Notes under the pieces: model-generated
Databases searched by the model: none
Told to the model about the DNA's origin: nothing
The model's input: the letters and a program-made list of their open reading frames with translations, nothing else
Shown here: piece by piece, positions 10,101 to 20,694 of the stretch
Layout: each line of letters begins with the position of its first letter
Numbering within the stretch: the first letter of the stretch is position 1
Translations under genes and position numbers: made by a program
Assembly: GCA_027923505.1 (NCBI GenBank)
Contig: BROI01000018.1
Coordinates: forward strand, 496,001 to 560,000
DNA from: Mayamaea pseudoterrestris
Lineage: Eukaryota
Reading direction: 5' to 3'
Length of the DNA: 64,000 nt

Positions 10101-12927
10101 CGAGCGCTCCATTGTGCGAGAGGATGTAAACCGATTGGAAGCGCGAGTGAAGGACCTGCAAGCGCTGCGAACTATTCAACAAGACCTCTGTCGTCAACTT
10201 GCTTCAAACTTGGCGCGCATGGAGGCAACACTTACGAAACTTATGTCGGAAACCACTGTTGCGGAACTATCGGACGACGACTTGGCAATTTTTCATGCGG
10301 TAAATGAGAACGCACATGCCGATTTGGTAGCCTCAAATGTCGATGTTTTGACCGAAACGGAGGAAAATTCTATGCAAAACTCGCAAGACGCGCGGTCGAT
10401 GAGTGGTGCGGAGGACAATTCGCAAGTCGATGATGGTGCGTTTGCGTCCTTGTGCCAACATTTACGTCACCCCGTTCTGTCGACAAATGATTTGCAACGA
10501 TTGTGGCTGCTGGGAACACATGTAGACAAGCTCATCACGTTTTTGCCGTGCCTTCCTGCCGAGACCGTTCACACTATACTAAAATTCTCATCGACCGAGG
10601 GTCGGAGCAGCAATGTTGACCAGATGACTCGTGAGCGACGCCACGCACTTTGTTTCACTTGCTTGGATTTTCGTGCCATGGCTGACATCCGCAAAGCAAA
10701 AGTCTGCCTTTCGCACGAGTTGTCTCGTGATGAACGCTCCAAACAATTTGATCCGCAAGTTGCTATTTGCCCCTATGAACTTGGCGGCAAGTGTAGCGAC
10801 CGTTTTTGTCCATACCAGCATTTGCAGCAGCGCGAACAGGGATCTCTCCTACCCAGAGAGCTCCTGCCGCTGCCCGTAAGATTTAGTGAACCCAAACCCC
10901 CGGAGTTGAAAAGAGGCAAAGATATTGGTTCGAAAAGTATAATGTTGTCGCTAGAGGGAGCAAACAAACCGCTGACTTGCATTGACGTTTATTCTAAAGA
11001 GAATGTAAGAGCTCAGCCAGATGCCTTCAGCGAGGAAGACTTTGTGGTGCTTCCGACACCAGACTCATCAGACTACAGTTCGGATGAAGCGTCGCGCAGT
11101 GACCGCGAGGAGCGCCAGAGTTTGCGTTCCTTTGTTGGCACGAAACAACGAAGCTCCGCCGTCGTTAGTCTTTCTTTCACGTCGATTGTCGATACGCTTT
11201 CTTCGAGCCTAAATGACTCACAAGGTCAACGTCCAAGTGAAATATGTGGATTCTTTCTTGGTGTTATGAACTGTATTCGAGTTGCAGTACACGCTGGTCG
11301 ATTCGATGCTTGCGATGAACTGATGCGAGTGTGCAAGGAGAAGATTCAATTTCACTTTGAAATGGATGAGGGAGAAAATCTATTTCGCGATATCTTACTA
11401 CGATTGACGGAATTTGTTTCACATGCCGTCCACTGCTCTTTTGCTTTGACTTCAGTCGACAACACGGACATCTTCTCGATGTTGTTTGACGTGCAGCACA
11501 GTTCTACTATGGTAGTGATGTTCCTTCAACAGTTTCGGAAAAACTTGCTTACGCAATCAAGATACCCATGTGACTTGCGAGTCTGGCATGCAGGAGCCAA
11601 GAGCATATGTTCAAGTTTTCGAAACTGCATGCAGCAATTTCCATGCATGTTGCGCGAAGCGCAATGCGTCGATGGTGAGCTAGGCGTTGATATAAATGGT
11701 CCCATAGCACGTTTGCATGAAATCATGCTGGAAGTCTGCACCACAACTGCCCATGACTCATTGACGCGTTTAATGAAGAAAGCGTGGCATCAAGCGTCGC
11801 TGTTATTTCGATATCTTCGCAAGGTCGATAGCGAGAAATGCGGGATAGTCAGAACAGATGCTTTCTGTCGCATGGGGGGCATTGTATTGAAAGTGTTGCA
11901 CATCATCTCCAAACAAACCGCAGTATATTCTTCCTCGTTGTGCCAGGCGGAACACGAGATCTTCAAGGTTTTGAAATCGCTCCGAGACTGTGGCGAGTCT
12001 TTCTCCGAACTGCTCGTTGCTCCGCTTTTTGCTGCGACCATCTCGCTTTGCTGCTCAATGCGACAGTACGCCCAGGCGCACCAGCGTCTAGAAGCACTCG
12101 TAATGGATGCGAAAAGAAATGGCTTGATGCCTTTGTCGGAGCTACTTTGGTGTCAGCTTGTGCAATTAAGAGTCACATTCCCTCCATCATCGACGCAATC
12201 AAAAACGATCCTACGTTTGTTCGACGAATACAACATTTTACTCGTGAACAAAATTGAATGTCTTGGAATCTATCTACATCGCGTCGTCCTCGGTGGTGAC
12301 TGGAATTTGGTCCGACATCTTAACGAGCAACCTACGAATCCGAGCCGTTTTGAGGCCTGCCAGAAGCTTGTTCTTGCCGCATGCAGATACAATGAGGCTG
12401 ATTCATCTCTCGCGGTCGATTTGGACGGAGTTTCTATGCGTACAAGGTGTCCTGACAGCGGACTAGACGCGAGATTTCCCATGAGTCTTGTTCTCGCCGG
12501 GCCGCACATTACGAGTCTTTCACTTAATTTTTGCGAGATTATAGCGCTACCTGATGGTTTTGGAAGCGCTTTTCCCGAACTGCAGAGCTTATCGCTCAAC
12601 AATAATAATCTCATCGTTTTGCCGCCGAGTCTCCATAAAATGAAACGCCTAAAACAGCTTCGGGTGACGTCCAATCGGCTTGATTGTCTTCCGTCTAACT
12701 TTACCTTTCCAGAACTCGAAGAGCTTTTAGCTAGCCAAAACAAATTGACAAGCCTGCCGGAGAGTTTGTCTGCGTGCAAGCGTTTACAAGTACTGCATTT
12801 GGACGGTAACGGCTTGAACGAAAAGTTGTTGTTGAATTTACTTTCGGAACTCCCCGAGCTGCGACTAGTCTCACCCAGCATAGAATTCCAACAACGATTA
12901 GATGGTAACTGTAGCGCTGCTAAATGA
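7153..12927 (+). CDS. Large protein: 3x repeated N-terminal domain, coiled coil, C3H1 zinc finger (ZFC3H1/Red1-type), C-terminal LRRs
   Basis: 1924-aa uninterrupted ORF. It contains CPYELGGKCSDRFCPYQH (about 10768-10821) and LxxLxLxxNxL repeats (about 12510-12870). Confidence 0.8.
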   Translation: MQGAAEATAGEERKRRALKEKELKIARAASQLRRQHLHARMQNYYVSQQNIQADHVIISTEEDIDHLVQFLAAHRTSERQQQRQERDGVDLTTSLALVPILYPSTLATAAPLRATGAVLAHDATQYTRLMEAADFVIVFDDDGEKKRMAEKQAWFDDLLVAAKARANIRQQQQEQPTDSTSHTAKVPLLWVCFDPNNQVGTRVMVRKRRELAAIIVSHVQAEWKQDLIEWVARMQQQRLALNGATDDEEHFLPEGDASIGKRQQLYHASTASGASTGGSEELADSRVIDLTYETDTSEDSKSDKKPNKKRKRVQSNIDAVEDDEEVASTSAMQLRRREPKHEYQPLWLTNRLQLQQEQYLIVSAPPDLGRLHKFLKAHGNCLSRKELRDEAASSKVLFPIVYSNYGSQSNSVHVHDIVRCSSLLAKAKLVILFDDPGPRTSKRQNLFDKLLSGILDKVRERQEDHHHQNGFNVPFFWVCFDPNNQAGQAVVPKKNVLAAIVITEIHDPWQNRKLPEWIKGMQRWRQQTQRTMLGMKGREQGHGIVVAAHGTAISAGGAATSAKDALTEAKCEEENHALLTNSDRTAFIRTISGNTREVVDRNGDSATGLAGEDSQLIEQAEEKPYPFLSPPRHTHLLGFISAHENASKKRRKQAAKEEFAFENVLKPILLPNLMADTDSIDYLIREARALMENAAYIIILRNVEKPSRSREIFQKQLIEETAQLNEISRGRVKYCFFVDRTNCIGRAVKQKRKELAAVVVTKIRPEWQNNLPTGDWMMDGTADSQQHEKQALHIEQQRQTEASFGAIHDSISISASNAEGDAPLSIITRKRLESSESQFRDAPLELVAEDMQHNSAVTRNPAQNYPLHYSQITSNEACSQLHTTSTQGIRSTASAELSRVSFSQSTNDSLLSMRDTQCNDTRSANEDTAPSRIDESIVSSNLSGSTIKTQMLLEEELMTYEATVGLLKARKEQVDTALADKLGERSIVREDVNRLEARVKDLQALRTIQQDLCRQLASNLARMEATLTKLMSETTVAELSDDDLAIFHAVNENAHADLVASNVDVLTETEENSMQNSQDARSMSGAEDNSQVDDGAFASLCQHLRHPVLSTNDLQRLWLLGTHVDKLITFLPCLPAETVHTILKFSSTEGRSSNVDQMTRERRHALCFTCLDFRAMADIRKAKVCLSHELSRDERSKQFDPQVAICPYELGGKCSDRFCPYQHLQQREQGSLLPRELLPLPVRFSEPKPPELKRGKDIGSKSIMLSLEGANKPLTCIDVYSKENVRAQPDAFSEEDFVVLPTPDSSDYSSDEASRSDREERQSLRSFVGTKQRSSAVVSLSFTSIVDTLSSSLNDSQGQRPSEICGFFLGVMNCIRVAVHAGRFDACDELMRVCKEKIQFHFEMDEGENLFRDILLRLTEFVSHAVHCSFALTSVDNTDIFSMLFDVQHSSTMVVMFLQQFRKNLLTQSRYPCDLRVWHAGAKSICSSFRNCMQQFPCMLREAQCVDGELGVDINGPIARLHEIMLEVCTTTAHDSLTRLMKKAWHQASLLFRYLRKVDSEKCGIVRTDAFCRMGGIVLKVLHIISKQTAVYSSSLCQAEHEIFKVLKSLRDCGESFSELLVAPLFAATISLCCSMRQYAQAHQRLEALVMDAKRNGLMPLSELLWCQLVQLRVTFPPSSTQSKTILRLFDEYNILLVNKIECLGIYLHRVVLGGDWNLVRHLNEQPTNPSRFEACQKLVLAACRYNEADSSLAVDLDGVSMRTRCPDSGLDARFPMSLVLAGPHITSLSLNFCEIIALPDGFGSAFPELQSLSLNNNNLIVLPPSLHKMKRLKQLRVTSNRLDCLPSNFTFPELEELLASQNKLTSLPESLSACKRLQVLHLDGNGLNEKLLLNLLSELPELRLVSPSIEFQQRLDGNCSAAK

Positions 12928-13028
12928 TTTTTGTTATCGATAGACAACTGACTAGTGTGGCAGTTATGCGCCATGTAACAACAACTCTTCAACCCATAGA
13001 CGTAATCTATTAACTGTAAACACGTGCG

Positions 13029-15680
13029 CTAATTTGAATTACTAATTCTTTCCACCTTCCGCTTACCATCCTTTGTATTCCCTTGGAAGAATCCGCGAAA
13101 TTTAAACTCGGGTGCTACATTTCGCGTCCACAGCTTGGGCATTTGCCGCTTCGCATGTCCTTGTAGTTTAAACAACGCTTCTTTGTAATCAATTCCTAAT
13201 GCATCCGTCCAAGCAAAAACAACGAGGCGGCTCACCTGACCTGCCTCTTGAGCATCGGTCATGATGGACTGCGCCATGCTTACTCGTTCGGTCGCAAACG
13301 ATGCTAGCGTCGCATGAGTTTGTGATATTGTTGTTCCAGCTTTTGCTGGGAATGCGGCAATCAGCACGCGAAGCATTGCTGCGTAAAAGTGATGGTCAGG
13401 CTTGAGGCTCAATCCTAGAGAATCAAGCTTTACCTCCTCATACGTCTTCAACGCCATAGAGTAAATGCGTTCATTAGCACTCGATTCGCTTTCATCAAGA
13501 TAATAGGCGTCGGCATCCCCATCAGCCATATCTTCGCTAACGCCAGCATGATCACTCCCTTTCCCTTTTATAGCTGCAGGAGCTGTCTCAAAACTTTTAA
13601 CGGCCGCAATCAGGACAGACGAAAAAGGCGATGATGCGTTTCGTTTCTTCAGCATTGTTCCAGTTTTCATTCCCTGAACCATTTCATTGAGCAAAGAACG
13701 GGCGTGCTGTATCTTGTCCATGCCTACAATTCCCTTGCAATGGGCAACAGCGAGTATCAGCAAACTATATGTTTGAAAATCAGGCCGCGCATCTGGCGGC
13801 AGCAAACCCGATGCGATCAAATCCCTCTGCAGCTTGACTACCTCGTACGCGCGTTGCGACGCATGTGCGTGTTTAGAAGATGACCAAGCCCGGAGGCAAG
13901 CATTCAACGAGCTAGTGTTGGGAAGAACGGCTGGATGATCCGGTGCCAGCATGGTTTGCAGAATTCGCTCGCACTCATCCACTGCTTCAGGAGCGCCCGA
14001 CGTGGACCAAGCATCCAAACAGATATTGTAGGCCATGCGAGCGTTGCGATGATCATTCAAATCGCTTAATAGTTGCTCTCTCATCTTGCCACCGTCGTCA
14101 TTTTCAGCTTGAATCTGTATGGCTTGCACATAGTCCATTCGCATGCTCAGAATTTCTTCACACTGCTGCGCCGCCTTTTTACGAGACGCTGCGTTCTGCT
14201 GACTCGACGATGCCAGTTTCGCAAAGGCTTGTAGCGTCATGTTGAATGCCATTGCATCAGCAACAACCGATCCATCAGTCGTGTCAATCATTTCCTTTAA
14301 CAAGTCCAAAATTTGCTGCGCAAATTGTTGCTGCTCCCTTTGAAACGCACTGCGACGAGGCTGATTGTTGGATGTGTAGGTAATGGCATTGACCATGGCT
14401 TGCATGGCCGTCGTATAGGCAACGGCGTCGGCCGTGACAATGCGACGTCGATTGCGATCGTGCGCATCCTCGTGATAGGGTCGTCCGTATTGCTCCTCGT
14501 AGACAGCCTTTTCCTCGACGTGAGCCTTTTGCATGTTTCGTAGTACTTCCATTGCCAGATAGGCTGGATGTTGTTCTCGTGGAGTCTTGTGGTAAGGATG
14601 TGATCGGGCCGCCTTAGCGCAGGCATTTAGTAGGTGCGAGTACGACTTTGTGTTTGGTCGGCAGTGCCAATTTCGATCCAAATGTAGTGACTGCATGCGC
14701 TGCACGACAGCTTGCGACTGAAGATGCGCCGTTCGAAGCACGGGAGCGGCGTTGGCAAGGCCGTATAGATAGGTATTGAAGATATCCACCGTTGGCAAAC
14801 TGCCCGGTCGGTCACCAGCACTGCCACCACCAACAATATCCATCGACGTTACTAAATGCTCCTCATCCCAGGCAGCTTCCTCCAATGCTCGCTCCAGTAT
14901 TTGCTCCATGCGCATGGGCGCCATTTTCTGCGCCGACATGTTTGCTTGAAGCGTTTCGTTGCTGACGGACAATTGTCGGGCCCAGGCAAAAACAATGAGA
15001 TCCCATAGTTTAATGGAAATGGCAGCGTCATGATAGAACGTTGACAATGACTGATCTGCTGCTTGCTCATTTATTTCTTGTCGTTGCTTCATTTGCTGGA
15101 CCCGCCGCTTCTTGTCCAAAATCAATCGTTCCAAAACGTCCTGCGCCCAAGTGAGTGATTGGATCGTCGTTATTAATGGTGCACTGGATGATGGTTCACT
15201 GCGAGTAATGCTACTAGTTGCACTTTGTCTCACATTTGCTTGATTCTTGCAAAGCTGCTTGATGAGATGAAAGACTTGGTTGGAGTGCGCGTCGGCTGGA
15301 TGTAGCGGCAACGGACATGCCAGCAACGTTCTGACGCGAACTTGCAAGGGTGCCGTCACGTCCAACCATGGCTTGGAAGCAAGGACTGCATGCGAAAGTA
15401 GACCTGATTTAGATAAATGGTCTTCATCCTCTTGGTAAATTTCTTGTTCGTAGTCAATTGATGATGGTGATGCTAACGCTCCTGCTGCTGTAAATTGTCG
15501 AGTAAAGCTTGCACACGGTAACAACCTTGTCGTCCTCGTCGAAATGCTCGCAGTGATGCAGCAGAACGATCGAAACTTCGACAGCCCGGAAACCTGTATT
15601 GTAGATTGCGACTGGTTGAATAATATTCCTGTCCTTTCTGTAGCCGCTCGACGACTCTGTCGAATCGCTGTTCGAATCAT
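13029..15680 (-). CDS. Organelle-targeted pentatricopeptide-repeat-like protein
   Basis: 883 aa with an R/S/T-rich mitochondrial-type presequence. PPR-like motifs include PTVDIFNTYL, PNTKSYSHLLNAC, DAVAYTTAM, AYNICLDAW, PNTSSLNACLRAW and PDFQTYSLLI. Confidence 0.8.
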   Translation of the reverse strand: MIRTAIRQSRRAATERTGILFNQSQSTIQVSGLSKFRSFCCITASISTRTTRLLPCASFTRQFTAAGALASPSSIDYEQEIYQEDEDHLSKSGLLSHAVLASKPWLDVTAPLQVRVRTLLACPLPLHPADAHSNQVFHLIKQLCKNQANVRQSATSSITRSEPSSSAPLITTIQSLTWAQDVLERLILDKKRRVQQMKQRQEINEQAADQSLSTFYHDAAISIKLWDLIVFAWARQLSVSNETLQANMSAQKMAPMRMEQILERALEEAAWDEEHLVTSMDIVGGGSAGDRPGSLPTVDIFNTYLYGLANAAPVLRTAHLQSQAVVQRMQSLHLDRNWHCRPNTKSYSHLLNACAKAARSHPYHKTPREQHPAYLAMEVLRNMQKAHVEEKAVYEEQYGRPYHEDAHDRNRRRIVTADAVAYTTAMQAMVNAITYTSNNQPRRSAFQREQQQFAQQILDLLKEMIDTTDGSVVADAMAFNMTLQAFAKLASSSQQNAASRKKAAQQCEEILSMRMDYVQAIQIQAENDDGGKMREQLLSDLNDHRNARMAYNICLDAWSTSGAPEAVDECERILQTMLAPDHPAVLPNTSSLNACLRAWSSSKHAHASQRAYEVVKLQRDLIASGLLPPDARPDFQTYSLLILAVAHCKGIVGMDKIQHARSLLNEMVQGMKTGTMLKKRNASSPFSSVLIAAVKSFETAPAAIKGKGSDHAGVSEDMADGDADAYYLDESESSANERIYSMALKTYEEVKLDSLGLSLKPDHHFYAAMLRVLIAAFPAKAGTTISQTHATLASFATERVSMAQSIMTDAQEAGQVSRLVVFAWTDALGIDYKEALFKLQGHAKRQMPKLWTRNVAPEFKFRGFFQGNTKDGKRKVERISNSN

Positions 15681-15995
15681 GATACTCCGTTGTCACGCGC
15701 TTGCAGTTTGCAGTTGACAAATAATGGAGATGCGGCAGCCTTGATTTCTTGACTAGTTACAAAAAGGAACGACTGCGATAGCAGACCTTTATAGAAGCAG
15801 CACTTTATAATATTATGGTCGAAACGTCGAGTGACGATGGATCGATGATCGATCCCATGGTGACGGATGGATGCGTCACAACTAAAACGAGTCGCCAAAT
15901 GTCGCACTGGTTGCCACTATGTCGCATAGGTTTTCTTTCCGCGCCGCGCCACCAACTCGCCGTCACAATATTTTTTTTCTTGCATCCTTCCAATT

Positions 15996-17324
15996 ATGAT
16001 GACAAGCGCTATGCTTCAATCTATTCAGGACGAAGATTGGGTACAAAAGCCTTTAACAATCATTGTTGTTCCTGGTTTGAGTCAGGCCTCAATGGAGAAG
16101 GTTTTTCCGTCTCTCTTCACGCTCTTTGAAACTCAACTGAAAACTGACTTTGAAGTATGGGCGCTCGATACCAAGGACATTTCAACCCAAGCCTTTCAGG
16201 AGGAGTATATTGCACCTCAACTGCCGCATCGAAACGATGAATTCCTGGACTGCTGTATCTACAAGCACATTTCCAAGCTTGATGATTGGCGAACGCTCAC
16301 GCAATTGTTTCAGCAAACGTCGCTGCCGCACCAAAATGTGGCCGTTTGGTTTGCCGACGTTGCGCAGAATCACACTCTGAACGAAACAGTCTTCATGGCG
16401 ACGAAACGAATCACTCCCTCCATTCTGCAAGGCTGGAATCGAGTCATATTTGAGCCTCCGCTATCTCACAAGGAAAAGATATCGTGGGACGAGACGAAAC
16501 ATTTGTATCGCCTGCATCCACTCTTGGCCAGCACGGCTTGTCAGCAAGTTTGGGCCTTTCGGCAGCGACCATGGACTCGGTCGTTGTGGAATGCACGAGC
16601 CGTGCAGTCGGTGCACGTGCAGGTGCGGACGCAGTCATCCGTCTATTCGATGCTGCCGCAACTGTACCATGTGGCGTGCGTCGTGGCCATGGAAATCAAG
16701 CAACCGCTCGAAGACTTATCGATTCATACGGCGCGAGCCATTGTCTTGGCAAAGATTAGTCCCTACTGTCGATCCATTGACCTCATGACGGGAAAGAGAG
16801 CGGGAGCAATAGATAACGAGAAGAAGGTGACAACGACTACGAAATCTGAGCCAACGTATGTTTGCGTGCGATGCTGGATTCAGTCGGACACGTGGACTGG
16901 CGTTCCATTCTTTCTCGAAATCATGCAACACGAGTTACCAAATGACACTGTCGAAATTCGACTCGCTCTTCAGGATGCGACGGACCAAGATGCTCTAGTC
17001 TTTGGAGAACATGGCGCTAGTTTTGTCATGGCGCCCATCTCGGGCGAGTCGCCACTGTCAGACTCGCGGCAGCTTGCGGAAATGCACATGACGGGCAATG
17101 ACTCTGACAAGATTCTTGACGGACGAAGTCGGCTGGCGTTGGATGCATTCCGCGGAAAGAAGCTTCTCTTTGTTCACGGCAAGGAACTCACCGCCCTTCA
17201 TTCGATTGTTGATCCGCTCATTCGGCAATGCAACAGCGTTGTTGCAGAATCATATGAGTCAGTGGAAGGTCCAGCGAGTCGATTGGAGTTTTTGAAGGAT
17301 ATTCGCCCGCCCAAGTCCGTGTAA
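15996..17324 (+). CDS. Degenerate glucose-6-phosphate dehydrogenase-like protein
   Basis: Colinear G6PD-like segments: LTIIVV...KVFPSLFTLF, GWNRVIFEPP, LYRLHPLL, LWNARAVQSV and PTYVCVRCWIQSDTWTGVPFFL. The key motifs are altered. Confidence 0.65.
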   Translation: MMTSAMLQSIQDEDWVQKPLTIIVVPGLSQASMEKVFPSLFTLFETQLKTDFEVWALDTKDISTQAFQEEYIAPQLPHRNDEFLDCCIYKHISKLDDWRTLTQLFQQTSLPHQNVAVWFADVAQNHTLNETVFMATKRITPSILQGWNRVIFEPPLSHKEKISWDETKHLYRLHPLLASTACQQVWAFRQRPWTRSLWNARAVQSVHVQVRTQSSVYSMLPQLYHVACVVAMEIKQPLEDLSIHTARAIVLAKISPYCRSIDLMTGKRAGAIDNEKKVTTTTKSEPTYVCVRCWIQSDTWTGVPFFLEIMQHELPNDTVEIRLALQDATDQDALVFGEHGASFVMAPISGESPLSDSRQLAEMHMTGNDSDKILDGRSRLALDAFRGKKLLFVHGKELTALHSIVDPLIRQCNSVVAESYESVEGPASRLEFLKDIRPPKSV

Positions 17325-17611
17325 TTGTAGATCGCCTCGACCAGCAAGTTGCGCGCCGGACGGCGACGGCGACAGCGACACGACATGAGGACATGTTCAG
17401 AAAGCATATAAACGACGTAAAACACTAATAGAGCTATCTATAGATATTGACAAAGTGGGGCCGGCCTGATTTATACAACGAACGAGATGGATTGATAGCA
17501 ATGCAAAGCGTGACACTACCGGAGCGACATAGACGACGAACAAAAACTCATCCACCGCAATCTTCCATCACATTCACATTCCCACGACGGCTAACTGGCA
17601 AAGAAAGCATT

Positions 17612-18305
17612 ATGGACAAGATTGATCCAATAACGGCTCTACAGGATGATATAGGTGTGAACAAGAATTTGCTGTTGGCGCAGTTGATACTGCGTGCGAT
17701 GTGCGACAAAAGCCAAGCTTCAAGCTTCGCTCATGCATACACTCGCTCATCACTGTCACACTTTCTGTTTTATAGACGGCCTCTCACTAGCCATGTTTGA
17801 AGCCCTTCGAAGTCTTCGTGATGCTGTCGCTCCAGACTCTGGTAACCTTGGAGCAAACTCGAGCACCAATACCAATGCCCAGGAGCAGCAGCAGCCACCA
17901 GATATTGACGACCTTTGGCAAGCCTACAAGAGTGGCGACAAGCAAGTAGTTGAGCAAATCCATGCGGCAAATGGTGGAGTTATTCTACAAAAGCGAGAAG
18001 ACTTTATTCGAGTGCACGCGAAAATGGAAATGGACAAGGATACCGAGTTGGTGCAGCGACTCGCAAGCTCGGTGCTGAACAAGTCGGCCGAGATTGACGA
18101 AAAAGTTGATGCATTGCCAGGAATGCATCGCACCAAGGCGGAGCAAATGGGACGCATTGAGGAGCTACTTGAGCTAAACAAACAAGCCGTTGAAGAGTTG
18201 GAAACTACCTACACGGCGGCCAAGGAACGACGAGATGCATGCCGCGAATTCATTCGCATTAACGCATGTAAGGCTTTGGGAGTCGAGGAGGATCAAGATA
18301 CATGA
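17612..18305 (+). CDS. MED21: Mediator subunit Med21/Srb7-like; 2 exons (17612-17654, 17776-18305)
   Basis: The spliced product reads MDKIDPITALQDDI|DGLSLAMF...LASSVLNKSAEIDEKVDALPG...EQMGRIEELLE, which matches the Med21 pattern. The GT-AG intron restores the frame. Confidence 0.75.
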
Positions 18306-19215
18306 CGAGTAGATGATGATGCAGAGACAGTTTTGTTGGCCTGGATACGGAGACTAGTGTCATTTTGCATTCCGCGTGTAAGCTTCATGATTCCACGCTG
18401 CTGTGGCTTGTGGCTCTTTGCCTGTCGAATTCCCGATCACTAAATCTATCAATCACCTTACTAGTCTTTCACTATCTTCCTATCATCACATTTATCATGA
18501 TGTTACTCATCTTTCAATCGTCTCAGACATATCCTTCTATGGGTTTAAATTCTTCACTCGTGTCCAAGGTTTATCTCGCTAGTATAGGAGGTGAGACAAC
18601 TGCCAGTCATGTTATTTTGTAGCGCACCTGAAATATGGATGTTGGCACCCTTCTGGGTTGATTGGGCATGCACATGGCTAAAAATACGGGCATTTGAATG
18701 GCATGGCAGCTGCTGACAGAGACCTGTGACAAGTTATCACCAATCACATTGCAGTCCACAGAGACACCAGTGCTTGGGCTCCAAAATACAATGTAACTGG
18801 TGAGAAATTCTCACCAAACTCAGCCAGCAGATGCCGTAATTTTCAAATGTCCATACCTTGAGCCATGTTAATGCCCAAATCAAGTCAGAATAACTAACCT
18901 TGCCTTCAAAGACCACCCCCGATAGTCTTGTTCCATGAATTTGGTTCTGGCTATGCTTGATGCAGTTAGATTGGTGCATACCAGTCATTCCCAGCTCACG
19001 TGTAGCATCAGTTCTTTGGGAGGGGCAGACGTCCACACTTAACCGAGCCCTCTAGACAGAATCGCACCACGACTGATGGCGCGCCATTCCGCGCTCCGTT
19101 GTCACGCTCACATTGTTCATTCTTCTTCTCGTCCATCGAACGATGCAGGGTACCATTCTTCGTTGCATTGAGTGACGAAAAAGAAAGAGGAATTAGAAGA
19201 GGAAGAAGGGAAACA

Positions 19216-20553
19216 ATGGCTGACAAGTTTGTCGATGATAACATGAGCGACAAGGATCATTCTAGCACCTCATCCTCAAGCGACTACGACGACGGCGAAG
19301 GTTCCAGCTGCCACGATGATAACGTCCATTCAACGCAGCAATTGACGCATGATGATGATATTAATGATAGTGATGATGATGGATCAATGGAAGCTCGTTC
19401 GCTCTCGTCCTCAAACGACGAAGACGAAGGCGACGAGTCGATTCAGCATCATTCATCACGACGACGGCTCCGCCGAATGAATAGCATTGACAGCAACGAA
19501 GCAACCATGCTGCCAACTACCGCTTACCAAGAGTCATTTAGCTCAAAACGAGAAATTTACCTTGACGAAGATGGCAATGTGGTGTATGGCGACGACGCAT
19601 CGACGACTGATCGAGACGACGAAGAGGACGTATTGAAAGGGGCGACGGAAGGAAAACAATCAAAATCAAGTGGATTGGGTCTAGAAAACAAGCTGGCCGC
19701 GCTTATTTCCAAACAAGCAAATCATTCAGCAGATGGATCTAGCGTTGGTGGCTCCGACGAAGCCTTTCGATTTGAACAAGCGCAGGCGTCATTCACCCGA
19801 CGAGCCAGTAAGCGACGAAAGCCGCGAAAGCACCTTTGTTTGGGCGATCAACTTGCTAAACTACCAGGTGCACCAACCGGTCGCTACCTTGATCAGAGTG
19901 CAGACTATACCAGCATTATTGGAGACGATGCAGCAACATTTATCATTACCCGAAGTGACATGGAGCCACCACCGCCGTCGCGGCTTGCCAAGCGACAGTC
20001 GTCGAGCATTGTTAGTGACGCCTCAAGTAGCCATTCTCAAGATGATGCGTCCACACGGAGCGCGGCTGCAGTATCTGTCCCCAATGGAAAGCTCGTGAAT
20101 GACAAAGAGTCGGAAATACATCCACTACCAAACGAAACGGCCGAGCCAACCGCACGTGCAGCGCTCGAGCCAACTCCAGCAGCAGGAGCGTCACCACTCA
20201 TGAAGCACAACTCGTCTCAGTTCCAGGCTGTCGTACTCAGTTTTTTAGCCTGCGACGGCAAGGTCTCAGTTGAACATGCCGCTCGCGTGATTAGCGAGTC
20301 AATTAACTTGGTGCCCGAGAATGGAAGCATTTTTGTGTTTGACTATGACGGACACATTGTGCAGCAGCTTCCTTCCTTGCTAGTCCTGCAACTTGGACTT
20401 GGAACTGTTGATTCTGAAACGTCGCGGTTTCATTTGAATGAAATGAAAAAGATCATGTGGCGGCTGGGACATTCCACGACGGAAAGTCAAGGTCGAAGCA
20501 TTCGAGCGTGGGAGGGGAACGCAAAGACACGGTTGCAGCTGACGCTACAATAG
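19216..20553 (+). CDS. Hypothetical protein with acidic/Ser-rich N-terminus
   Basis: Long ORF (about 445 aa from the ATG at 19216) with a low-complexity D/S N-terminus and a globular-looking C-terminus. No family recognised. Confidence 0.65.
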   Translation: MADKFVDDNMSDKDHSSTSSSSDYDDGEGSSCHDDNVHSTQQLTHDDDINDSDDDGSMEARSLSSSNDEDEGDESIQHHSSRRRLRRMNSIDSNEATMLPTTAYQESFSSKREIYLDEDGNVVYGDDASTTDRDDEEDVLKGATEGKQSKSSGLGLENKLAALISKQANHSADGSSVGGSDEAFRFEQAQASFTRRASKRRKPRKHLCLGDQLAKLPGAPTGRYLDQSADYTSIIGDDAATFIITRSDMEPPPPSRLAKRQSSSIVSDASSSHSQDDASTRSAAAVSVPNGKLVNDKESEIHPLPNETAEPTARAALEPTPAAGASPLMKHNSSQFQAVVLSFLACDGKVSVEHAARVISESINLVPENGSIFVFDYDGHIVQQLPSLLVLQLGLGTVDSETSRFHLNEMKKIMWRLGHSTTESQGRSIRAWEGNAKTRLQLTLQ

Positions 20554-20694
20554 AATGCAAGTCTGTGGTGCATGTTTGTTAATAACTGGTATTGTTCTAA
20601 AAATTCTCTTTATGTCAAGAGTTAGACACAACCGGAAGGTTTGAATGTACGCAGACAATACTTCAACGTGTATCGGTGAATGTATACCTGACTC

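Noticed and set aside
12270..12992. 240-aa antisense ORF and many other 60-215 aa shadow ORFs
   Set aside because: They overlap well-supported genes on the opposite strand or in another frame and have no recognisable motifs.
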